From: Asterionella formosa
Taxonomy: Eukaryota
Assembly: GCA_002256025.1 (NCBI GenBank)
Contig: NKIB01010963.1
Span: 62,001-91,838 of the forward strand
Direction of reading: 5' to 3'
Length of the DNA stretch: 29,838 nt
Part shown: piece after piece, positions 1 to 10,809 of the stretch
Numbering within the stretch: the first letter of the stretch is position 1
Layout: every line of letters begins with the position of its first letter
Notes under the pieces: model-generated
Told to the model about the DNA's origin: nothing
Seen by the model: the letters and a program-made list of their open reading frames with translations, nothing else
The model's database searches: none
Position numbers and translations under genes: made by a program

Positions 1-197
1 TAAAGGAAGGTTGGCGTCGATGCTAGACAATGTGGTCGAAATAAGATAGTCTGTTTGCTTCCCTCGTTTTTTTGCCTACTACTACACACTTAAAGTCAAC
101 AATGTCGTCGGAGAATAAGAAACTGGCAATACTATTTCCTTTGAGGTAGGTAATAGTAAACATTATTTGACAGACGATCATGGTTATAGAAGCTGAT

Positions 198-1953
198 TTA
201 CTCAACGTTGGTCGTTGACAAAATCGTAGGAATCACGCGCATCTTTTTCTTTGGTTGAAGCACATTTACCTTGTGCTCACGCTCAATCTTGTTTTCCACC
301 GTGATGACGTCCGGAGGCGCAATATAGTCCACAGGCTTCTTCGGAGATGGCGAGATGGTAGCCGTGGAAATGAGGGTAGGAACCACTCGCTTCCTTTTAG
401 GAGCCTCGACCTCGTTTGGGGTCGCGCTACTTACTTCCAAAGGAGCACAAGTAGAAGTGGTGGGAACAGTTTCAATCAAGTTTGCTTGGACAAGATCTTC
501 CACAGGAGAAGCCCGAGGTGGTGTGTACACTGTTCCGAGCTCGCCTTCCTTGAAGCTGATAATAGAGATGTATCCATCTGCACTAGATACCAATAGAGTT
601 TGCCCATCCGAGGTCCACGTAGCATCTGTCAAACCAGCATAATGCAGCCCGCGAACCAAACAAAGTGGCTTGCCATGATATGTATCGTAAATCAAGACAG
701 AATTTTCGGTCAAGACGGCAAACATGGATCGATAAGGGAGGCCATTGTGTTTATTGCTTAAGCAAGACATTGGCAACTCGAACAATAATGGGTTGGGGCA
801 GATGACACGCGATGGCTGAGAATGGAAAGAGTTAGCTGTAATTCAATCAATAGCAAACATGAAATCAATCAAATAAAGCATTGCATACCTTGTCCAATCC
901 AGCGAGAATCTTGTAGGGCTTGTCGAACCGGTGGCGAGCAAAGACATATGTTGCCAACGAAGGCTCGCCTTCCCCCTTGTTGGTTTGCCACACACCAGTT
1001 GGACAAATGAGATAGGCCCCATCCGTTGTGAAACGCAAACGCCGGAAATGAGTCGAACCAGTAGCTTCGTCTGCGAAAATATGCTGTTTCTTTGGCTTTG
1101 ACTGTCCTTCCTGAGGGAGCTCCCGAAATTTCAAAAGCTTTCCTCTAACAAAATCAACCTTCCCGTCGATCAAGGTTTGCCGTAGTAGGTCCTTGTTTTC
1201 TGGTCGGAGGAGCTTCTTCTTGCCCCTAGCGGGAGGTTTGCGTTGATAGACTCGGACCGAGCGATCGCAGCTGCTACTGGCTACGTAGACGCCCTTGGGG
1301 TCGTAGGCCACGCCTTGGATGTAGTGCGTGTGGTCTCTGCAGTTCCGGTATACAACTCTCCACTGGCTCTCAGCGTCGAGCGAATCTAGTTCCCTTTGAT
1401 TGGACGTGTAATTTTCATCTTCGAATATCGAAAAGTTATGGTCAAGGCTACCAACCATAAAGCGCTTCGAATCAGCGCTCCAGTCGAGGTCGTATACACC
1501 ATCGGAAGAGCTGTTGACGACTCGGACACTCAGGTCTCCTTCCTTGTTAACGTTAGCCCAGAAATGACGACCGTTTTGATTTCCTCGCTTGGAAGGAGGC
1601 ACAGACCAGACAACAATGGATCCGCTGTCACCTGCAGTTGCGAGATGGAGACCATCCGGGCTGAATTTAATGACGTTAACAGTCGAATCGTGACGCGACA
1701 GAGTAATGAGATGTTCTGGCTTTGTTGGGCCTTTTTGCAGCAAGATACCTTTCTTGTCGTGATTGGGCCGGAATTCGACTCTCCATAGATTGATTTCGTT
1801 GTTTCCTGCCGTCGCTAGGACGTGGCCGTACTTCTTCATGTCGTCCGTGCAGAAGCCGCTCTCAATCATAGAGATAGAGTAAACCGGCGCGTTCTTGTTT
1901 TGTTCATTGTCTGAGCCATTGTGCCATAGGATTTGAGGAGTTTCGACTTTCAT
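198..1953 (-). CDS. CHAF1B: Chromatin assembly factor 1 subunit B (p60/Cac2/FAS2), WD40 protein; exons 1953-889 and 815-198, about 560 aa
   Basis: N-terminus MKVETPQILWH. WD40 repeats: LSRHDSTVNVIKFSPDG, VYDLDWSAD, DHTHYIQGVAYDP, FRRLRFTTDGAYLICPTG, GLHYAGLTDATWTSDG. A 73-nt intron at 816-888 (GTATGC...GCTAAC...CAG) joins GLDK|PSRVICPNPLLFEL in frame. Confidence 0.93.
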
Positions 1954-2644
1954 TATTTAACAGTGCCTGTTGTTCCTGTAATCCCTCGCTGCACCGTGTC
2001 ACTGCACAGATTTCTTCTATGTGTTTGACGAGTTCTGGGGGATGCACGATGCGATATCGATGAATGAAAATTATGAGTAGAAGGGATTTAGAAATTGAGT
2101 GAAAGCCTTGACTGCTTGCACCAACAATAATTCCGCTTTGAAGCTACCTTGTACATACCGGTACTTGCGTTTTACACACATTTACTCAAATGGTGTACTA
2201 GCGGGGACACCCAAAATGTGGCAAGCAACAAAGCAGTGTTCGTGATGATCACAGCCATGCCAAAATTCTTGCTTTTCCAAAGTTTTGGCGCGCCTCGAAT
2301 TATACCCACCGGTGCATGTGCATGATCATTCTGTACGACTGGTGAAAAAATACCGGTGCCAGTCTCCTGCTTAGCTAATAAATTATCTACGCCAGGCAGT
2401 CTCTGCCCATTATTCCATGATATGGTTAGTATGGACGCTGTTGACGAGTTTGACTACCGGTACCTGTACCGGTATAATAATGCAATAGAATGGATTTCCC
2501 CTTTTTTCGCCTTTACTCCGTGATGCGGAGTACAATTTTCTCAGTGCACAGTAAAAGATCGGTACAAGCAGCAACGACAGAATAGAATATACGACATTCG
2601 AGCAAAAAGTCTGTAACTATTACATTCAGAATTGAGCAGGAGAT

Positions 2645-3397
2645 CTAACAGTACAAGGTTTCAATAACAGCAGCAAAATCTCGACAGGCTTGGTCCAAGT
2701 CATCGTTCACTACTATGTGGTCAAAGGCACCTGCTTGTTGGCTGTATGCCATTTCCCACCTTGCATTTGCGGTTCGCCGAGCAAGGCTCTCGGCTGATTC
2801 CGTTCCTCGACCTGCTAATCTTTTCTCCAAAAGTTTCATCGATGGCGGCGCAATGAATAGATACTTGGGTTTTAGGGTGGGAGCTTCCATGGCTTTCAAA
2901 TTCTGTACCCCTTGCACATCAATATCCAGCAGACACCGCTTTCCTGCTAACTGCACATCCCGAAGGGACTGCCAGCTAGTTCCGTAAAAATTGCCATGCA
3001 CCTCAGCGTGTTCGAGAAACAAGCCTTCGGCAATATCTCGCTGCATGTTTTCCTTGGAGAGAAAGTGATAATGAACACCATTCACTTCACCGGGTCGGGG
3101 CAACCGAGTCGTGTGCGACACCGTAAAGCCAAAGCGCTCCTTTCCACCCATTTCTTCCATGAATCTGTTGATTATGGTTCCCTTGCCTACCCCAGAAGGA
3201 CCACATACAACAAGGGGTTCCATAATCATGCTGTTATCATCAGCTCCATGCGAGGATTTCGTGCTTACTGCACATGTATCAATGGTTGAGAAAAGCGGCC
3301 GAGAGATTTCACCGTTTGGCCTAACAAATGCAGCAAAGGCGGCAACTCTTTGGAAGTATAGCGTCATGAATAAGCAGCTTAGTAATCTATCAATCAT
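2645..3397 (-). CDS. GUK1: Guanylate kinase with probable bipartite plastid-targeting presequence
   Basis: P-loop GPSGVGKGT and GK motifs VSHTTRLPRPGEVNGVHYHF, FLEHAEVHGNFYGTS, LDIDVQG, FIAPPS. About 60-aa N-terminal extension: hydrophobic signal peptide ending VAA|F, then an S/T/R-containing stretch. Confidence 0.95.
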   Translation of the reverse strand: MIDRLLSCLFMTLYFQRVAAFAAFVRPNGEISRPLFSTIDTCAVSTKSSHGADDNSMIMEPLVVCGPSGVGKGTIINRFMEEMGGKERFGFTVSHTTRLPRPGEVNGVHYHFLSKENMQRDIAEGLFLEHAEVHGNFYGTSWQSLRDVQLAGKRCLLDIDVQGVQNLKAMEAPTLKPKYLFIAPPSMKLLEKRLAGRGTESAESLARRTANARWEMAYSQQAGAFDHIVVNDDLDQACRDFAAVIETLYC

Positions 3398-3646
3398 TTT
3401 TCACTCTTTTTTAGATGATCGGCATGGGCTTGTGTCAGCACCCAACTTAGGAGCAGTGATCGATAGCAAGCAGCCTTGCTGATTCATCCGTTCGACGCAG
3501 ACGATGTTGCAATCCTGTGTTGCCCCTGTGGTCTAATTAATAAAAAGTCTGCGTCAGCATGTCGCAACATCAATGCGGAGATGTAAAGGCAGGCAGTCAT
3601 CGTGACTCGTAGTACCGGTAGTCGTTGATACTGTATTCTTGACATG

Positions 3647-3720
3647 TTACCAGTAACTGGCCAGGTACAGTACAAGGTACCTGGTACCAGGTACCAAGGT
3701 ACCTGGTCTCGGTACTCCCA
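3647..3720. repeat. (GGTACCW)n palindromic repeat cluster in the divergent intergenic region
   Basis: Perfect 20-bp palindrome GGTACCTGGTACCAGGTACC at 3676-3695 with flanking degenerate units. Confidence 0.8.
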
Positions 3721-4006
3721 GGGAAGGTCCGGCAATCGAGATCTTTAGCTTAGTCTTTGCCGAAGTATAAAAGTGTTTTACTGGACCTTCAACAGGTAAC
3801 TGAACGTCAGTATGTACCCCTACTACCAGGTACCGGTGCTCTGATTGGATACAGCACACAGGCTTGTTCAGCACCCACCAAAATACTTTGTTTAGTATTC
3901 TATTATGGGAGATACATGTTGACAAAATTCAACAGGGCAATCATTCGACTGCAGTCTGCAGTTTATTGGTTTATTGCAGCCAATTTACAAGCCAACCTTC
4001 TTCACC

Positions 4007-4663
4007 ATGGTAAAAAGGTCAATTACAACAGATCCGAACGCTGTGAAAGCAACGCTTCCGATAGAATGGACACAACTAAAAAAGCGCGGCAACGAAAGGG
4101 CTGAAAGCAATGAGTCTGAATCGTGTTGCGAGGATCTATTGTGTTGTCGGACCCGGCATCAGAGCTTGCTGTCGGCGGAAGTGGATACAAGTAAAGATGA
4201 GGAAAATTTTCAAGGACAAGCCATCTTTTGCATGCACAAAATTGATCCAGAATGGTTTCAAGGATATTTTTTGGTCCAGGGACAGACAAAGCCGTGGGGC
4301 TTGCTAGCCATTCAGGAAGCCATTGATAAATGCTTGCAATGTACGGACGGAGGATATCGACAAATAAGTTTGACTGTTATGCCTTATCAGCAGAGACAGA
4401 AAGTCACGTGGAAGGAAATCGACTGGACTGGGGGCGATATGATCAAACTTCGGGGACAAAAAATGTCATTCGAGCCGGAGAGGTGTCTTTCTGGCAATAG
4501 GGCAGTCCCTTTTGTTGAAAAGTACTTTCGAACGTTGATAACGAAACTGCAGAATGAAGGGGAAGGGTATGAGAAAGTCTTAGATGTCGCTCCGAATGTG
4601 GCCATTGTCATAGGGAACATGAAAGTTATCGTTCCAAAACAGGGCGACGATGACAAGTTTTGA
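4007..4663 (+). CDS. Hypothetical protein, 218 aa, single exon
   Basis: Uninterrupted ORF from ATG 4007 (ACCATGG context) to TGA 4663 with gene-like composition. Divergent from the guanylate kinase, convergent with the next gene. No motif recognised. Confidence 0.65.
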   Translation: MVKRSITTDPNAVKATLPIEWTQLKKRGNERAESNESESCCEDLLCCRTRHQSLLSAEVDTSKDEENFQGQAIFCMHKIDPEWFQGYFLVQGQTKPWGLLAIQEAIDKCLQCTDGGYRQISLTVMPYQQRQKVTWKEIDWTGGDMIKLRGQKMSFEPERCLSGNRAVPFVEKYFRTLITKLQNEGEGYEKVLDVAPNVAIVIGNMKVIVPKQGDDDKF

Positions 4664-4779
4664 GCGATCTGGTCACACAGGCATAGAATAACTTGGTCAT
4701 TGTTTCAAAATTGCAAGTCTATCTAATGAATCCGCTTATGCTCAAAGATTTCTAGTTATAAAACTAGAGGACAACTCTT

Positions 4780-7192
4780 TCATTTTTTGTCGTCGGCCAT
4801 CGCCGTTGATGGCGATTGCTTATCTTGAATATCGCTTGTACCTGCTAGTTGCGGCCATTGCGCACTGAACGCCTCCGATGAATAAGTTGCCACAACGTAT
4901 TCTTGGTCGTTACTTATGTTTGTCGATGAAGGCACATTAGCACTTTTTTCTTCGTCATGATCAATGTCCATTGATAGAAACATCTGTTGCGCATCGTGAT
5001 CACCAACCTGATTTAGCGGTGATGACAGTTCACTGCTCACACTTTGTGGACCACCGATTGGCGGTCCACTAGTACTTTCCTCCGAAAGAAACAAATCATC
5101 GGGAACATCCACTTCTTCTTGCCATGCTGCACGAAAGGTGATCATTACCATACTGGAACACACGACGATGAAAAGAGATACATACATCCTGAACAAGCCA
5201 CTGACAGCTTCGTAACATATTGCTGAAGGACACAAAAATAAGGGTGAGAATAAGGCATTTGATGCGTGATATTCATGCGGTGTGAATGACACATTATTTT
5301 TGGTACAACTTACCATTGTAGGCTACTGTTTCATAAACGGGATTTACGTTTGAGCACCAGAACAATTTCTGTGTATCAATGAGAACGTCTAGGCCTAGGT
5401 GAAATTGATCATCAAGCCAGTCAGCGGCCGCAGTCAGTGGGGATACACTAGTTCCGCATGTTTCCATGAATTCAGTTTCATTCAATTCTTGTGCGGTGTC
5501 TACCAATTCATGTACTGCCAGCAATGCTTGCAACGCAAGGGATACACCTTCCTTGCCCGTTATTACCTGTTTTGGCGATAAAGCCGGAGGACAACCTGAC
5601 AGGTAGTAAATCGACAAGTTGATAACAATAGAAGAGAATCTGTCTTTATTTGCACCCAGGATTGCAATCAAATTATGGTCTGGTGCATCGAAACAAAAAT
5701 CCGCGCCCATTACAGCGGCTACACAGGAAATGGTAGCGAACAACCAGACTAAAAAGGTAACAAATATGAAGATTGGAACGACATATCTGGACCGGGCGAG
5801 TTTGAAGGGATTCGTCAGGCGTTGCTTCCATGCAAGGACAACCCCAAGAAGTAAAAATACAACAAGGAGATCCAAAAAAATGGCAAATACGACGCTGGTC
5901 CAAAATGCCCACTGGAACGATTGAAGGGACCGTTGCAAATCCTCAGTTATACCAGACAACTCCAGCAAATCGGAAAGCAAATTATCGGTTTCATTGAGTA
6001 CTGCGACTCGCAGTTGCTTGACCAAAAACTCAATGGTATCAAGCTTTTCTTCAAGGGGAATACCCATGATGATAGTACATGTCTCATTCGTGAAGGTAGA
6101 GTAGGTATGATTTCCCAAACTCAGGATGGAATTGGTTTTATTGTAGCAGTCGTCAATGAAATGGTCACGAAGCTTTGGGCACCATCCATATGAGTTCAAG
6201 TTTGCATAGATCTCACTAAAATAACCTGAAAGTCTGTACTGCTGTTCTATGAAAGAGTTGCAAAGGGCAATGCCGTCCTCAATGATGACTTGAATCTTTT
6301 CCAATCCAAGAATTCCGTTGTGTACAGCGGCGCCGAGCCCACGTACACCTTGCACAATGAATAAGATGGAGAAAGTAATTACCACCGTACCAGCCACCAA
6401 GACAACTAACCGAGTTGTGGATAGTAAACAGTGTACCTTTTTTAGTTCATTTTCATATTCGTCGATTTCTTGTTGGTTGTTCAGCTGCGATTCAAATGGG
6501 GATCCATTGTAGTCCACAACCATGCTGTGTCCATTTACCTCCTCATTTGTTCCCGCACATGGTCCTTGTTGCATGTGAGCAACATTCTGGTCCTCGCTTA
6601 TAGGCTGCTCAGTAGATTCACTGCAGCTAATTTTGGCATTACTTTGGTCCTCGGCAAACGCTCCTATTGACGCTGGTCCGTCTGATAAAGAAATTGCGTC
6701 TAGGTCATTGGTCGCACTACCAGTGCTCATGTGTTCGTTTTGGTTTCTTGATGGAGCATGGTTGTTTCTTGCTAACTTCTTTCTTTCTGGTAATTGATAG
6801 CCTTGTGGTGGTTTTGGCTTCATCGGGGGTGTACCAGAAAAGAAGCCAGCGTTTTGCCTACACCAACATTTGGATGCAAGAAGGAGTAATGACCAAACAA
6901 AGAATACCAAAAAGATAAACACAGTAATCCACGCGACTCTTTGGGCAGAAAGGCGGAGAGCATTGCGTCAAAAATAAGCAACACGGACCAGAATATTCCA
7001 ACGCAACATAAACCATGCTTACCCCACAACATAATCCTTTCCTTGCTCTTTCGGACCGATGAGGAGCGGCAGAATATTGTTTGAGCGTCCAGCCCTCGGC
7101 AGCCCTTGATGCATTTCGTAGATTGCCTTGGTATTCAAGAATTCAGCAGGAAAGAAGGGATCATCCACTGGAATAGGAGGCAAAGGCGCCAT
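4780..7192 (-). CDS. Multi-pass membrane protein of Tweety/prominin-like topology; exons 7192-7023, 6938-5314, 5222-4780, about 745 aa
   Basis: Introns 6939-7022 (GTAAGC...AAG) and 5223-5313 (GTAAGT...CAG) join the frames (DYVVG|VAWITVF; VAYN|AICYEAVSG). About five hydrophobic helices, Cys-containing loops, the Tweety-like motif GADFCFDAPD and an acidic tail. Confidence 0.75.
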
Positions 7193-8648
7193 GGCTATGA
7201 TGCGTTTGGTTCTGTTTGTTGATCTTTATTGTGCGCGTCGATCCGAGTCTGGGAGGATGGAAGAAGTTATGGAGGAGCCAGTCTCCTCTTCAATCTTGCG
7301 AAAGGGAGGAATAACACTACCCGGTAGGTAGCACCGGGTATCCGTTTACCATTATATAGGATACAGCTAGGTACTGGTAGGGTATGAATATATATAAATA
7401 AATATAGCGGTATATATGAAAAGATATTTATGTATAGACATTTTAATTAATATTTTCATTTCTTTGGATGTATAAAACTATTTACCGGCATATATACTGT
7501 ACGCATGTGATGTATAGATTCGGAGATTACCTGACCATTTCGAAACACTTTTGGGGCGAAATAGTTCTCTACAATCATGTGATGCTAGTAGTACTTCTTA
7601 GTAGCTTTCGGTAGAGGCCGATTTCCACACAGTTAAATGTTCAGAGGCTAATGTCGCATTTCCTTCAATTGAAAAAATAGGCACCATGATTCTGTTTTAT
7701 GATTTCTATCTAATGATTCACCTACCAGTAGCTCATGCACTATTATCTATAATAAATACTTTTCTTGATTAATTTCTGGACATTTAAAAAGTACCAAGGG
7801 AATGCAATCACTTTTCTCCTGGAGAATGGTACCGTAATCCTTTCAAGTTCTTGCTCTTATTTAGTGCTTAATGACTAGTGCACTTTTATGATGATCCAAC
7901 TGATTTGATTTTTCCCTTTTTTATGTTCTTTATCTTCTGGAACTGTACTCCCAAACCGGAGGGCTGGTACGTTTTTCAAGAGCAGGTGAGTTAGCATCAT
8001 GAGGGTTCACATTTCATTTTGTTGACCTGTGTTGCCTTCATGATGGAAATAGTGTTGTTGCGTATAATGCCGATAAAAATAGCAACAAATTCGAATGCTG
8101 AGTCTGATGCACATGTTTGCAGAGACACGCTGTTATTGAGAAATACTTGAGAAATGTATCTCTTTAAAGATTCTTTTTTCTGAAGATACAAAAAATTAAA
8201 TTGTATCTATGTTAAGATTGCCCCTAAGGGTGCTTGGTGCAGTTACTAGACTGTAAATTTTTTTAATTTGACCCCTTCTGCAAATAAAAACTATCATGAA
8301 TATTGGATCAAGGGTATTGTACGCTAAGTTGCACAGGATTTTTACATATATGATAGTTTTTGGATCAAAAATATGATCAATGTATCATATAATTATGATC
8401 ATGCAGTAAACTTTTACCAAGCTTGAAGTATGATGATACTATCATAGTTATAATACCATTGCATCATATAATTAGTTAAACATGGTCCTATGATGTGTAT
8501 CCTTTTGTCATGCATCTATCTTAGCATGATCGTAATTCTCATCGATATCACTGTCTAAAATAGAATGAAATGGACCGAAATTTAGAACTATATTTAAGAA
8601 TGGTTTTATGTTGCTTTCTATATTCTTGAGTGGCTAGTACAGAATGTT

Positions 8649-9627
8649 CTATAATGCTCTCATCGCAATGATTGGTGCTTCAGCTTTCACTTCCACCTTC
8701 CCCCCAATCCAATTCTGAAGGTTGTTGTAGTAGTAGTACTGGTTGCCTTGCCAGTGTTCCCCTGCTTTGTTCCATTTACTCCTGACGGATCTGAGTTTGC
8801 ATTCACGCATTTTCCCATTACAATTTAATCCGTTTCGTTGTTCCAATCAGCCATGCTAACAAAGAGAAGCAATTCATTGTTAGCTGTTCATGTTTTGCTT
8901 GTTACACAACAACATGCATTTCGCTTCTATCTTCACTTACCACAAATTGAGGAAGTAACTGATGCATATTTCTGTAAAGACTGTGTCAGTTAAATGTTGA
9001 ATGAGAAAGTATCGATCAATAAATGGCTCCAACGCTACTGTTTGTATCTTACAAATACTGTTCGTCTACCATTATCCTGAAAGAAGCATTACACATGTGT
9101 TAGTTTTTCTAACAGTTGCGGATTGATCCAATGATGATAGCACTTACCGATTTTTTTGTCCACATTGATCTTTGGCCAGCCAATAAATCGAAAAGGAGCT
9201 ATTGAATCACTGAAAGGGGACGAGTCATTCCGTATTTGTAATCCCAACAATTGATCATCCCGGCAATTGCTCTTGACATGCCGTGATACTATGCACAGCT
9301 TGTTGATTCCGCCCTTCTCCATCATATTCACTCCTTCTTAGCCGCATGGTGTATTATCGTGTTGCATTGTCACTTTAGTTTTTCGCATCATGTGTTTCTT
9401 GAGATCCTTCATTTCAGGAAGTGTATGCATGACAAGGAACATGAAAGGCATTTTCTCTTGACTTCTTGACTTCTTACCATCAATTTATTCAGCCCTTCTC
9501 CAGAGTCACTCCTTCTAAGCCGCTGCAAGTATCATTGTGTTGTATTATCACTTTCGTTTTCCGTGTCATCATGTGTGATGATCCTTCATTTCAGGAGCAA
9601 AGTGTATGCAAGACAAGGAACATGAAA
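8649..9627 (-). pseudogene. Decayed intron-containing gene remnant of unknown family
   Basis: Two canonical introns: 9077-9147 (GTAAGT..ACTAAC..CAG) and 8856-8940 (GTAAGT..GCTAAC..TAG). The middle exon reads IMVDEQYL*DTNSSVGAIY*SILSHSTFN*HSLYRNMHQLLPQFV and splices in phase to HG*LEQRNG... (ORF 8649-8846). The 5' boundary is uncertain. Confidence 0.5.
9303..9627. repeat. Imperfect tandem duplication, about 145-bp unit, period about 178 bp
   Basis: CCCTTCTCCA..CACTCCTTCT..AGCCGC..GATCCTTCATTTCAGGA..AGTGTATGCA.GACAAGGAACATGAAA occurs at about 9303-9447 and 9484-9627. Confidence 0.85.
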
Positions 9628-10115
9628 ACATGATTTCAAATGTTTCAGCCATGAATACATATTTAGAAAGATTTGTAAGAAGTTTAAATGTATATATAGT
9701 TGAACATTTGCATAGTTTTAAACACGCTCATTATACGGCACATCCTGTGTATACTAACATCAACTTTGATTTTACATAATTCAAATATATACAATGCATG
9801 ATGAGTTCATAGTTTTCCACGACCTGCTGAATTTTTTCAATTTGTTTTGTGTCAATTCTTGTACCTACAAATCAGTGGCAGATTTAATTAAGCCCCTTAA
9901 TAAACGGGAGTCATCACCAATTATTCAAATGGTCGAAATCATACATTTATGTATATAGACATATTGACCAAAATTCATATGGCCTACTGGTAGTACTGTA
10001 TACTTGCTGGGTATTACTTCTATCATGGGAATACCACAATAGTGCAGCGGAAAACTGAATATGCTCATGTGTTTAGGATCATTTGATCATATTTTTAAGA
10101 TCAATCAATCCTGAT

Positions 10116-10230
10116 TCTTGAAAATAAATGTTGATCTTTCATTTTCTCATTAATGACACCGTCTATCATATGATCAATATGTTATGATCAAAGGTATAGG
10201 ATGAACGAATCAACATTTATTGATTCAAGA
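10116..10230. repeat. Imperfect inverted repeat (arms 10116-10142 and 10201-10230)
   Basis: TCTTGAA-AATAAATGTTGAT-CTTTCAT versus the reverse complement of ATGAACGAATCAACATTTATTGATTCAAGA; 13-bp perfect core at 10123-10135 and 10209-10221. Confidence 0.6.
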
Positions 10231-10809
10231 TCATAGTTTTTATCAGAGTAGTTGCTCATGCATGCAACCCCTTCCCCTCCTGTATACAGTACAGAAGTGA
10301 TTAACCCCAAGCTACCAAATTTTTATGTCTTGTAAGAATTATCGAAGCATGCATGCATAGTACATGACTCCTACTGGTATATACAATGCGGAAATGATGA
10401 CCAACAGACTACCAATCCTATAGGTCCTGTAGAATTATCGCAACATGGCTGCATATCTAATGAAAGGGCGGGAGGAGTCATCAATGCTGCACCTGTATAG
10501 TATGAAATATGGAAATGATCAAATATAGTCTACAAAAGGAGCAGTGCAGCATCATGTAATTTTAATTCCTATGAAATCTCTTGAATTGTTCTGCGCTTTT
10601 TCGCCACCACAATTGTTTTCATTGGCTGTTTCATTGGACAGCATTCGAATTGATTGTGCTTCAAACAAAGCAATGATCAAATTCCACCCCATTGCAGAAT
10701 GGTGAGTCTCAAAACTATGTATCAGCCAGTCGATTAAAATGGGACCATTTTTTGTGCACCCTTGTTGTGTTTGTACATTGACTTGGCAACTGTCAGCCAA
10801 GCAAGAGCA

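Noticed and set aside
255..6918. Antisense and overlapping ORFs from the six-frame track within the real genes
   Set aside because: They are shadows of the intact CDSs with no independent features.
7378..7460. Possible inverted relative of the 220-bp repeat end (TAGGGTAT...TAGCG...GAAAAG)
   Set aside because: Similarity is patchy and could arise by chance in very AT-rich sequence.
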